NCBI GenBank assembly: GCA_028534125.1
Contig: CM052818.1
Location: forward strand, 2,048,001-2,112,000
Length of the DNA: 64,000 nt
From: Lama glama
Taxonomy: Eukaryota
Direction: 5' to 3'
Shown: piece after piece, positions 49,531-62,200 of the stretch
Position numbering within the stretch: the stretch's first letter is position 1
How the letters are laid out: every line of letters begins with the position of its first letter
The notes under the pieces: model-generated
What the model was told of the DNA's origin: nothing
Seen by the model: only the letters and a program-made list of their open reading frames with translations
The model's database searches: none
Made by a program: the position numbers and the translations under genes

Positions 49531-52390
49531 AGAATTCTTAGATTCAAAGAGACTGGGAGGTGTTCATTTGGACCCTTGAGTGTGTGTGGTCAGAATTCAG
49601 GCTTCAGAGAGATGGGCGTGGGGACCGGGCCTTGGGAAGCTGTCATGGTGGACCGCCTTGCACTGGGTCTTAGGACCGCCTTGGGGTGGCAAGGGTCTTA
49701 AGGATGGGCAGGAATTAGATGTCACGAGGCGGGTGAGAGGGTATTCCAGGCAACACAAAAATAAGAACATCTTGTCTTGAGACAGTGGCCTTCCCAGAGC
49801 AGGGGTGAACCCAGGGGCCAGGGGACTGTGAGGGGCGTGGAGCAGAGATGGAGGGACTGGGTGGGGCACAGCCTTGAAGGGCCATGGGGTTCTGGGAAAA
49901 GAGGAGCCTGAATGTCTGGCTAAAAATTGTCCTGGGTATGTGTGTGAGTGTGCACGCGCGTATTAACTGTGGCATTCAGAACAAGGGATAATTGGAAAAA
50001 CATGACTGATCCTGAGCCACACGCATTTGGGGACATGTGGCTCCGGTTCTGGGATTGTTTGTCATTCCTTATTTCAGGAAAGCAAGAAGACAAAAGATGT
50101 AGCTTCGAACGCAACGAAGACTCAGATGTCACCGACGAGTCAACGCGGGGCCAGGACCACCATCTGTCAACGGCCACCTTTGGGGGTCGCCACCCGCCCT
50201 AGGACCAAGCCCACATGTGCGCTGTCCATATGCACAGTGCCAGCTGCCACTCAGACCCCGGGGCCCTCGGCGATCTGAGCTTTCGCACGCTTGGAGAGGG
50301 AGCTCTGGCACTTTCCCAAGGGTTTGCCGGAAGGGAGCTGGAGGGGCAGCGGGATGCAGAAGAAGAGGCTGCATTACAGGCAAACTGGAGACAATCCGGG
50401 AAACTCCCAGAAACCCCAGCACAAACTGGGGAGAGAGTCTGGGTGACCCACAGAGCCTACATGACCTCAGGAGGGCCCGGAGGCCGCTGGCTCCCAAACG
50501 CCGGGGAAGCTGATGGCCCCGCTTCTCTGCACCTCTGTGCCCTTCCTGGCAATGGGAGTGGAGGCATCGAGACTCAGGCAGGGGCTCAGATCAGACCCCT
50601 GGGGGACCTGGAGAGAGCGGAAGACTTAGCATCCAAGCACTAGGCTCGGCAGTTGGACTCCTGCTGGGGTGACCCAAGAGGGCACGACCATTCAGACTCC
50701 TTGGAGCAAGGCGATGGAGAGCGGGCTTGCGAACTGCTGCCATCCAGCTTCCCTGGGTCCCTTGCACTCTCTCGGATCCAGGAGATCTTTGACTCCTCAC
50801 CTAGTGTATAGAGTCTTGGTATTTTAGGACTGGATGTGACATTACCCAAACTTGTTCTGACCTTTGAGAGAGCACAGAACACAGTGCCTGGCTCCGAGTA
50901 GGGGCTCAACGAATGTAAGTTCCATTTACCGTCCCTGTTCCAGCTCTGCGCACCAGGAGGCCTGGGTGGCAGCTTCACCAGGAACACAACAGCTTCCTCC
51001 TGGCTCTTCCGGCCAAGTCTCTTTCCCCCGTCACTCAGCCAAAAGAAGATTGGCCTTTTTCAAAGTGTTTACTAGGAAACTAAGAAGCAGGCAAGGCAGA
51101 ACTGAAGTCAAGTGACGGAGGTTGAGGAACTATTACAGAATTCCAGAATTTACCAACAGTCTTGGGTCAAAGAACCCAACCTAAATCCCCAAGGATTTCT
51201 TTTTTAGAAGAAGAAGTGATTCTTAGTCCTTGCTCTTATTTTACTGTTCCAATCATCCTCATTCTCAGAGACATTTTTCCTAATGTTTTTGAGCATATGC
51301 CATGTGCCAAGCACTTTGCAATGTGATTGTGTGTATTTTTATCAGGTTCAATCACTGTGTACATAAATCATTTTCTCAGGTTCAGAGGAGTTAAATAATT
51401 TGCCCACAGTCGCTCCTCTGTGGCAGGAATGGGAACTAAACTCAAGCTCTCTGACCCCCATATCTGTGTTTTGATTATCTTCTATCCTGCCTCTCTTTGG
51501 CCATGTGTCCACATCCTTCCTTGCAACACAAGGCATCTAAGAGGGGTGGAGGGGAGATGGCTGGGCAGCCAGAAGGCACAAGTGAACCTTGGAATCCACT
51601 TCTGGCTCAGGCCAACTTTGTGCAGAGGCTCCAAACACTGGCTATGAAACAGTTTGTGACTCCATGAAGACAAGTAAGTGAGACTGCCTTGTATTTCCTT
51701 AACTTCGACTTCTTAGGGACTTCCGGTACACAAAGCTACAGTGATACTCAACTTACCTCTTGGCGTGTTAGCATCATCGGTTCATCTGTGGCTCCCCATT
51801 ATTTTCTGTTGATGTGTTTTTGTTTATTTCTACACCCACAGACCACTACCCGATATTACAGATAATGGACAACTACCACTGTTCCTGTCCCTTCCTGTCC
51901 CCTGAGCCCACCCTCAGAGTAACTATGCTGCATATCATGTTTACCATTCTCTTTCTTTTCAAAAAATATATAATTTTATCAGATATATGTGTATGTTTAA
52001 ATATAAGACTTTTTTCAGTTTTACTTGTTTTCAAACTTGGGGGACTATAGTTGAGCATCAGAACATTTGGAGATTTCTTTTTTTCACTCGAAATTATGCT
52101 ACCAAGATTTTTACATGTCATAGTGGGTCCCTTCTCTTTTTCTTCTTTGATCCTATCAATAAAAAAGACAAATAAATAGCTTTGCCAAGACTTTTGATCA
52201 CCTTTGCTTCTGATATATCTTGCATTGTTGCTTGAATTTAGTTCCCTTCTTAAAGGACACTTCAAAGACTGTCCTCAGTGTGGGTCTCTGGCTGGTTATC
52301 CAAGCCCGCATATCACTAAGAATATCTTTATTATATATTGTCATTCAAATGACAATTAGGTTAGATATATAATTTCTTGTACATAAATAA

Positions 52391-53385
52391 TTGTGGTAAG
52401 AGTGCATAACATGAAATCAATATTCTTGAAATTCTAAGTATACATTACAATATTGTTAACTACTGTACAATATTGTACAGCCGATCTCTAGAACATCTCT
52501 TGCATGACTGAAATAGACAAGTTGGGATTACATCAAACTGAAAAACTTTTTCACAGCAATGGAAACAATCAACAGAGTGAAAAGACAATCTATGGAATGG
52601 GAGAGAATATTTGCAAATTCTATATCCTCATAAAGGGTTAGTACAAAAAAAATAAAAGGAACTCAACAGCATAAAAATAAATAAACTGGGCAAAGAGCTT
52701 GAATAGACATTTCTCAGAAGAAGACATACAAGTGGCAACAGGTATGTGAAAAGATGCTCAGCATCACTAATTGTCAGGGAAATGCAAATCAAAATTCGAG
52801 TGAGGTATCACTTCACACCTTTTAGGAAGACTATTATTAAAAAAGAAAGATGACTGCTGATGAGGATATGGAGAAATTGGAACCCTTGAACAGTCTTGGG
52901 AGGAAGGTAAATGATGCAGCCATTATGGAAAACAGTATGGAGTTTCCTCAAAGAATTAAAAATAAAACAACCTCATGATCCAGCGGTTCCACTCTGGGGT
53001 ACTGATTGAAATGAATTGAAATTAGGAACTTGAAGAAATATTTGCACTCCCGTGTTATTGCAGCATCATTCAAAAGAGCCAAGATATGGAAAAAACCTAA
53101 ATGCCCCATCAGTGGATGAATAGATAAAGAAGATATGATATATACATACAATGGAATATTATTTACTCATGAAAAGATGGAAATTCTGCCATAGGTGACA
53201 ACATGGATGAAACTTGAGGACATTATGCTATGTGAAATAAACCAGCCACAGAAAAATACTGCATGACTCCAATTATATGACAACAGAATGTAGAATAGTG
53301 GTTACCAGGGGCTGAGAAGAGGGGGAAACAGAGAGTTGCTGCTCGATAGGTATAAAGTTTCAATTATGTACGACAAGTAAGTTCT
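52391..53385 (-). mobile_element. Twin-primed (5'-inverted) L1MA-like element
   Basis: 52391-52513 is the antisense L1 3' terminus; 52514-53385 is sense ORF2 end/3'UTR stopping at gtaagttct; flanked by ataaataa (52383-52390 / 53386-53393). Confidence 0.8.
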
Positions 53386-53689
53386 ATAAATAAACAACAT
53401 GGCCCTTTGTTAATTTTAAATAATATTCCCTGATCCCATCTGCAAAACTAAAATATACCTGATGCAGAATGCTCAAAGAGCACACAAAAGCACAAAGCAA
53501 ATCCATCTATACTCTTACCACCCTGAGATGACTTCTCTTAATAGTTCAATGCAAGTAGGTCCTACCATAAACTTCAAGAAGGTTGTAATGATGTAAATGT
53601 CAGCTGGGTGTTTGAGACTCCTACTTCCTGAGACTGGTACTAGTTAGTCCTGAGATTAATACTAATGGATAATATTGATCTTTAAAAAG

Positions 53690-54990
53690 TTTGCCAAACT
53701 GATGGTTAAAAAACTGTAATTCCTTGTTCATTTAATTTGTGGTCCCAGACCTGCAGGCTGGCTGGGCATTATTTCATATGTTCACTAGCTATTGGCAATT
53801 CTGGGAAATGCTCATTCTTACTCTTTGCCCAGTTTGCTTTTGAGTTGTTTGATTTTTCTTTATTTATTTGTAGAATTTCTTTGCATATTATTAACAATAA
53901 CCCTTGTTATATGTGCTTCAAATTTTTTTTCCTTTAAAGCAGAGAGAAGGTGATTTTCACTTAACTGTGTCTGTCTTTGAAAATACAGATGTTTAAAATT
54001 TTCAGGTAGTTTTAATATTTTCAATATTTTCCTTTAAGACTTGTGAGTTGGTGCATTGCATAGGAAGGTCTTCCCCACTCCACAATTAGAAGGAAAAAAA
54101 ACCCTCCAGAGGGTCTGAATCAATATTTCCCTGAGCAGATAAGCAAATGGCCAATAAGAACATGAAATGATGCTCAATACCATTAGCCATCAGAGAAATG
54201 CAAATCAAAACTACAATGGGGTACCACCTATCTACTAGGATGGCTATAATCAAAAGGATAATAACATGTAGAGAAATTGGAGCCTAATACACTGCTGGTA
54301 GGAATGCAAAGTGGTGCAGACACTGTGGAAAATAATATCTCCTTGGCCTTTGGATGTATAAAATTCATTCTCAGACTCCTTATGGTTAGTCACATGACCA
54401 TCACAAAATAACCCAGAAGCATGGAATGTTTTGATTGGTTAGGCCTGGATCACGTGCTTGACTCCTGGTGCTGAGGCAGAAGCTCCATCCAGATCATGTG
54501 GACCAAGAATGTATGAAGGAGTCAGTCTACAAGGTAAGTTTGTGAGCTATTTCAAGAAGAGGCAATAGATGCTGGAGACGCACTGAATGCTCGCTATGAA
54601 GACAATCAAGTCATCTGAAAATAATGGTGTTTTTGCTTCTTTTTTCCAATGTTGACACTACCCAATTTTTCTTTTCTTATTGCACTGTCTAGGATGTCCA
54701 GAACTATGTTGAAAATTGTAACAATAGTATTCCTTGACTTCAATGGGAATGCCTCTAGTATTTTATCATTCTAGAGAAAATGATTTGGACAATGCTTGTC
54801 ACTCTTTACCAAGTAAGAAAACTACCATTCTAGGCCCAGCTGATTGAAATTCTTTACTGAGGAATTAAAATTGAATTTTTATTAAATGTCAATTACTATG
54901 TTCGTGCATTTACTCTCTTTTATTTGTGTAATGAATTACATGGATACATTTTTTCACATTGGACAGTTTCTGTGTTCCTGTGAATAGTTT
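53690..54990. mobile_element. Cluster of old L1 fragments (both orientations) and an MLT1 piece
   Basis: Antisense ctttgcccagttt...; sense gaaatgcaaatcaaaactacaatg; MLT-like ctgattggttaggcctggatcacgtg. Confidence 0.65.
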
Positions 54991-56457
54991 TTTGATGGAG
55001 ATGAAGAGACTACTTGTAAAAAGCAACAAGTCGGTTGTGACATATTTCTATTTCAAGGGAGCTCCTGGTTAAGGGAGAAAACTTTGGGCACCCATGGAGG
55101 GCATATATGAGCCAAGATTCAAGGATATGGAGAAAGGATATGGCCCCTGGCTCAGCTTTTAGCCCTTTACCTTTCCTGGACCTAAGACACTGACAGTAAT
55201 CACATAAGAGGCAAGCGCCTAGGATAGCTCAATCCCCCAACGGTTCCTTCTACATGACCTCTATCAGGAGTGGTCATGGTGTTAACAAACAGGATCAAAA
55301 TCTGATGGAGGGAAAGAAACACTCAGAAGACGGATGAGGACGCTGATGCAGAGAGCCTGTGACTTACCTCCAGTTACACAGGTTTTGAACACAGGTTGTC
55401 TACCTCCAAAGCTTGAGCTCTTAGTCTCACCACTACACTACCCTGGAGGTTGGTCTGTACTGCTCAGAACAAGGGCTATAAACTCCTTGGAACTGAAAGT
55501 TCAGGGAAGGACAGAACCAATACCCCTTTTCATAACTGGGTCTGAAGCCTCTTCTGGGTTACAGAACCCTTTTCACCAAGGATCAGATGCCTGGTCCCCT
55601 TTAATACTGCTGCCCAAATGAGTTCTCAAAGATCCAGTCCTTCTATTCTCACACAACCCACATTTTTCCAGAGAGAGTTTTTAGGAAAAGAGAAAGTTTA
55701 TGGAAATCCCAGCCTGACTCGGATGGGAAAGGACTGTCCCCATCACAACGTTCATGCAGCTAACAGCTCTTCTGTTAAAAGAAAAAAAAAGCTAGATTGG
55801 ACATCAAAATTAATGGCACCAGGATTCCTTGGAAACCTACAGGGCTTTGGTAATCCCTGAAAAGTCTGATTTATCTTAGGTACGATGAAGGGAGAGTGGG
55901 AAAATGTAGGGCAAACTCACCAATAGCTGAAGACCATGTTGGAAGTCCTTGGGGTTAGCCAGCTCTTTCTCACAGAGAACAGTGTTGATTTCATAGGACT
56001 GAATAAGAAGAAATACCACTCATTCATATTTTAGATGTATATTTCCCTAGTTCCTTCTGTGTGCAAATCAACCCACCAGTTGCTGGATATTCAGTGGTGG
56101 ACATAATAACCATGGCCCCTTCTTTGGCAGAACTTTGAGTCTTGCAAAAAAGACAGTCAACAGAAAACAAATATCAAATTCTGCTCCAAGGGAAGAGCGT
56201 GTTATGGAAGAGGAGGAAATGTTGTACACACATGGAGGTGTCAAGGGTGAGAAGAAGCCATCTCAGTGAAGAGGGAGGGAAGCCACATCTTGGGTGAAGT
56301 CTTGGCGGTAGGAAAGAGTTCGCTTTGTTCAAGGAGCTGGAGGATCAGTGTAGGAGGAGCATCACGTGTGGGAGGAGACCCATGTGACATGACATTGAAG
56401 AAGTATCAGGGCCAAATCATGCAGGTCCTCTTTGGCCACGATAAAGAGTGTGGATTT

Positions 56458-57144
56458 GTTTTCATTTTATTTTTTAACACCTTTGTTATACCTTTATTGT
56501 GGTATAATTCCTGTACAGTAAACTACACATACTTCAGATGTACAATTTGATGGATATTTATAGATGTGTACACCTATGAAACCACCACTACAATCAAGAT
56601 AGCTAACATTTGCATCACTCCTCCAGAGGTACAAATTTTGAACCCCTGATTTACCCCTTCCCACCTCCTTTACCCCCTTATAACTGTTTGTTCTATGTTT
56701 GTGAGTCTATTTCATTTTGTAGATAAGTTCATTTGTGTCTTTTTTTGGATTCCACTTATAAGTGATATCATAGGTATTTTTCTTTCTCTTTCTGGCTTAT
56801 TTCACTTAGAATGACAGTCTCCAGGTCCATCCATAGTTGTGCAAATGGCATTATTTTATTCTTTTTATGGCTGAGTAGTATTCCATTATATAAATAGACA
56901 CACACACACACACACACACTACATCTTTGTTATCCAGTCACCTGTTGATGGACATTTGGTTGTTCCCATGCCTTGGCTATTGTAAATAGTGCTGCTGTGA
57001 ACATTGGGATGCATGTGTCTTTTTGAATTATATTTTTCTCCAGATGCATGCCCAGGAGTGGGATTGCTGGATCATATATGGTAAGTCTGTTTTTAGTTTT
57101 ATAAGGAATCTCCATACTGTCCTCCATAGTGGCTGCACCAACAA
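56458..57144 (-). mobile_element. Chimeric L1 insertion (young artiodactyl 3'UTR plus old L1M 3' terminus) in an L2
   Basis: TSD tgtggattt (56449-56457 / 57145-57153); L1 motifs ggctgagtagtattccatt, gcccaggagtgggattgctggatcatat. Confidence 0.8.
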
Positions 57145-57149
57145 TGTGG

Positions 57150-57580
57150 ATTTTATTCCAAGTCAAATGCGAAGCCATTGAAAATGTTTTTAAGCAGGTG
57201 AAGAAAGGACTCTGATTTCTTTTTTTTTTTTAATTGCTCTAACTTCTGTATGTAAAAGGGATAGGAAAGGGCAGCATCGGAAGTAGGGAAACTCCCAAAT
57301 GAGAAATTATAGAAGCTTGAACCAGAATGGTGTCAGTGAAGATGGAGATAAGTAAATGGACTAGAGATGTATGTTGGAGGAAGAATCAACAGAACCTTCG
57401 GATGAAGACAGTGTGGGAAATAAGGAAATGTGGAGAACACATAATTACTCACAGGTTTCTGGATGGAGCAATTTGTTGGATGGTGATGCTAACTTGAGAT
57501 GGGAAAGCATGGGGGAGGGGCGAGTCTTGAACATGTAAATGAAGAGTTCTATTTCGGGCATGTAGAAATTAAGCATCTAC
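57150..57580 (-). mobile_element. L2 remnant (also about 56000-56450)
   Basis: gaagagttctatttcgggcatgtagaaatt; caggtttctggatggagcaa. Confidence 0.65.
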
Positions 57581-58391
57581 TTCCAAAGCTCTCTTTTATC
57601 TGTGGTCACATGCTGGACCTCACCCCTGGGGGACCCTTGTCTGATGGGGGTGGTGTGGGCCCTACCAGCCAACCACCAAGGATGCAAGCACAGGGGAGCT
57701 CTGGAAGATCTCATCACCCATCCTTTGCCCCAGCCCCACAATATCTGCTCTCCAGCAGCCCTACGGGCCCTCAAATACCCCTTCCCAATTTCTCCATCTG
57801 GACAGGAGGATGGGATTGACCCTGGGAGTAACTCTTGGCCTCTACTGGGAAACTGGCTCCCAGCAACTTCCTCCCCCTGTCAATTCTCTTCCCCTAAATG
57901 CTTCCCAGCTTCCCAGATGGTCTCCAGATAACCCGCACCCTCTCCCCTGGGTGCAATCATCATTCCTAGGGTCAGTTCAGCCCCTGGTATCCCTCAATCT
58001 AAGAAGAGTCATAAGTCCATCTGTCAACACCCACCTCCCTGGAAACTGAGGAGGGCTGACAGCCAGGCCAGCGGGCAGAGCACATCTGTATCTCCTTGTT
58101 CAAGCCCAACTCTGCTGGTTAATCTGTGGAGAAGCCCAGCCGGGAAGTCTACTGAAAAAAAGAAATGCAAGAATCATAGCTTGAGCCCTCTGCCCACACA
58201 CAGCCCCTCCACATCATCATGCATGTCTTCTTCATCACCCCACACTTAGCTCAAAGATCACCTCCTCCGGGAAGCCTTCTTAATTCCCAGGCAGATCTAG
58301 CCATTCTCTCTCTTCTGCTTCTTTGACCAGACTCTATCATGCTGTCCTGGTAATGTAATGGACTGGTTATTTGTCTCTCTTTCCATTAGAT

Positions 58392-58588
58392 CTGTGCTGT
58401 CTAACATGGTGCCTACCAGTCACATGTAGCTATTTCAGTTTAAATTAATTAAAATTTAATAAAATAAAAATTCAGTACCTCAGCTGCCCTAGCCACATTT
58501 CAGGTGCTCAATAGCCACATATGGCTAGTGACTCCTACATCAGACAGCACAAATTGAGAACATCTTCTCAATCTGCTGAATGGCACTG
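58392..58588. mobile_element. MER3-type hAT MITE
   Basis: ctgtgctgtctaacatgg...agtcacatgtagctatt...aaattcagtacctcag...ctagccacatttcaggtgctcaatagccacatatggctagtg. Confidence 0.85.
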
Positions 58589-61500
58589 CATTAGACTAAG
58601 AGCTCCCTGAGGACCAAACTGGGTGTTATTCTTCTTTGTACCCTGGGCACCCAGGATAGAATCTAAAGCATAGAAGATGCTAGATATATAGGGATTGGGA
58701 GAGTAGATGAGAGAATAAGTTTTGAACACCACACGTCAAGAGGAATTGATCCTGCATGAAGTATGTTCCAAAGACAGTGACCAAGAGGAAATACAATGTA
58801 AGGGAGAGACAGAGAGGACAACTCATTGGGCCAGGTGGCCTTTCTCTGTCCCGAGACACTGAAATGCTGTGGCCAGTGCCCTTCAGTAGCACCATGATGC
58901 TGGTGCATAATTGCACAGGACTGCTCGTTCCTACCAGCCTCTCCTCTGTGACACCTCTTCTCACGTCTCTACCAATCCGTGTCCCCCATTGTCCTTGCAA
59001 AGCCCTGAGAAGGTTCTCCTGACCAACCCCAGCTGGTCCCACGCTCCACACTGTCCAGCATCCCCCAGTATAGATTGAAAGAACCCCACGTGGTGGCTGT
59101 GGTCACTGTTCATTCGTGTTCCAGCACGTATGTCTCATGTCCTTGACTGCTCTCTCCTTCAGGCTGATCAGCAGATCCCCAAGGAGGAGGCTCCACCGGA
59201 CCTGGAGTCCCCAGGGGTGAGAGCTATATTTTGCTGATCTGGATGAGTAAGGGCTCCCCAGGGGCCTGTTTTCTCATCAAGCAATGGGCTTGTAAGGGAA
59301 CAACCATGAGATCTGATCTTTGGGAACAATCCAGCCAGAGCCCTGTCCATGGCAGACACAGAGCAGGGGCTTGGGGAGCTCAAAGTGAGGCTATTGTTCC
59401 TCTCCAACCTCAGGTGGACTTTATGCAACAGTTTCTCCCCAGGGCAAATGGCTGGCCCTGGGTGAAGTGAGGGGCTTGGGCCTGAACCTTGAGCATTTGA
59501 AGAAGTTCAACCTCCCCTCCTCCACTGCCCTGTATTTTCCTGTATCAGCTCTTATTTCAGCACCATCATCTTCCTTTGCTCTTTGAGAATCTAGAGGAGA
59601 TGGACCGAGCAGTTGGGTAGCACTGACATGGCTCTCTGTGGGTCCTTAGTTGACCGTAGAGCTATCCCCGCATTCACTGCTTCATAGAGACCGTTCCGCC
59701 ATCAAGACGGGCTCTCTGACCCTTAGAATCCTGCTCTCACCCTGCACCCACTTCTCTGTGGTTCCCTGGAGTTTATGCACAAAGCCGAGGGTATTAAAAT
59801 TTTGCTCCGCCCTAAGAGAAAGTTCAGTTTCTCTCCCCACTAGAACCTAGGCCGTTCCCAACAACGGACCCAAATCCCAAGACGGCAGCCCCGTCAATGC
59901 CAAGGTTGTGGACGGTGATGCAGTATTCAGGATCCCTTTGGTCCTTCACCTCATCCTTCCTCTGGGCTCTCAATATCAGCCTCTTTGATGCAAACACTAT
60001 CCTTTAAAGGGGACAGTGGCTGTTCTCTTTGTCCCTCGAAAGACAGACTGGTCCTTAGCAGCTCATCTTCGGAACCTGAGGGTGGACATACCCTGGACCC
60101 CACACACAATCCCTTCTCACCGGTTCTGTGTGACGCCCCTCCCATCAGAAGGAAGTCTCTTATAGTCATGATTTTAAAGGCTTGGCACAGTTCATCTGCA
60201 CAGGAACACATATCTGCTATGAGGGGGCTTGGTCGCACAGAGTTTTGTGTGAGAGGTGTCAGGAAAGATATTCCAAGCCTCGAATCTAGCTTAATGTTTT
60301 TCCACTGGATTCATTCCTTTGGGTGGAAGCTTGCCCTCACCAGACTCTTTTATTCAAATAATGGTCTTCCTGCCTCCCCTGAGGGGTCCCCAAGGCTGGT
60401 CCCATGGGAGAGCTTTGTGCATGCCAGGTGACTCTGTGGCTGTTCCTCAAAAGGGCAGTGGGAGCAAGTGGCCATCCCAAAGCCGCCCTGGGCTCCTCTC
60501 TCCCCAGCTGACACGGCCGAGAGTGGAGGCCGTCTTTCCCATGTTCAGGGCAAAGATGGGGAAGAGCTGGAAGTCATCAGGGTGTTGTTTTTGCCAGGGG
60601 AGCCCTTGAAGTGGAGACAGGAGAAAAACAAACAAAGTCGTGTCATCTCCCCAGGGCTCTGGAAGAGGTCCCTTTCACAGCCAGGAATGTGACAGCGAGT
60701 GAAGTCAGCCAGGAGGCTGCCTGCGGAGGGAGGGATGCGGGCAGCTCGGGCTGAAGATCAGAGGCGCAGAGCTGGGGAAGGGGCCAGAGCTGGGGGGGGG
60801 GGGGCTCTGCTGCCATCATACCCCCAGGGAGGGGCAAAGAGCCACCAGGGCGAGGTGTGTCCCCAGCGGCACAGACAGACCCGCATCTCAGCTGGGCCAC
60901 TTAGAGTCCACTAAAGGATCCAGCCCGTGGCCTCTGGAGGCCAGTTTTGTGGCACAGATGTGACAACAAGCACGGAGATCAGCCGCTCACTGGCCGGGAG
61001 AGGATAACAAGCAAGAATAAGATACACAGAGAGCACTGAGGATTCCACGGAGGGGAGCCAGCCCCAGGTGGAGCAGCAGAGTGAGACCAAGTCCACAAGA
61101 GTCAAGGTTACCCTGGGTTGCCCAGCCCTCAGGCACCCCGGGAGCCCCCAGTGGACCAAGGCTGGCCACGTGCACCACACTGCTGCTGTTCCAAGAACCC
61201 TGACCAGGAATCCAGGGCATGTCCCCCCCATCACCTCTCCAGCATGGGCAGGGGCCACAGGCAGCCCTGGGCCTCAGACTCGGTTCTGCAGCCTCCTTCC
61301 TCCTCCAAGCCACCGCCACAACCTTGAGACAGCAGGCACGGCCCACCTGCTCCTCCTTTGCCCTCTGCCTCTGAGGGAGTCTGGGATGGGCTCTGCTCGG
61401 GCTCCCAGCCGGGTGGGAAAGCTGGGTTACACCCAGCGGAGCCAGCAGCCAGGCCTCGTTTTCCCAGAGCCCTCGTCGTAGCACGAAGCTCCCAGTAGAC

Positions 61501-62069
61501 GGTCAGGGACTCGGTAAGCACATCATGCACAATGGAGATCAGTCCCAACCTCACCTCACGTGCAGTGGAGGGTTAACAAGAAACCAGGGTGGCCAGAGCA
61601 CCCAGGAAACACTAAAGCATCTGAAGTATTTCAGGAGAAAGGCCAATCTTGGCAGATCTTCTGCCGAAAATACCCAGTCCGTCCCCAGCCTGAGATGAGG
61701 CTGACCGTCAATGGGAGGACCAGGGCCCACCTGGATCATGGGCCGGCCTGCTCAGCGTGCCTCTCGGGCTGGCCAGGGGAAGGGGACGTGGGGAGAGGCC
61801 GGCCCATCCTCTGGCAGCCTCGACCTTGTGCCTGTGTTCTGATAAATGGGTTCTACCTTGTATCTGAGACCCAGGATCCACACAAACCCGTTCCCCGAGT
61901 CTGACCCTCCACCCTGACATCCTCTCAGCACCATTTTGAAGCCCAGGTCTTTCTGCTCGTCCCGGAGGCCCAAGTTCCCTCTGGACCCCAGACCCAGTGG
62001 CCAGAGCCCCAGCCCTGCTCCCAGACTCCTGGCCCCTCCCACTTCCCGCTCCTTCTGACTGCCTGGGCC

Positions 62070-62200
62070 CTCGCTAGAATGTGAACCCTCTGCCGGCAGG
62101 GATTCCTCGGCTCTTGCTCACTGAGGTATCCCAAGGCGTTCAAGCAGGGCCAGCACAATGGAAACACCAATGTTTGTTGAATGAATATATAAATGAATGT
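62070..62200 (+). mobile_element. L2 3' end
   Basis: ctagaatgtgaaccctctg...ttgctcactgaggtatccc...aatgtttgttgaatgaat. Confidence 0.7.
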
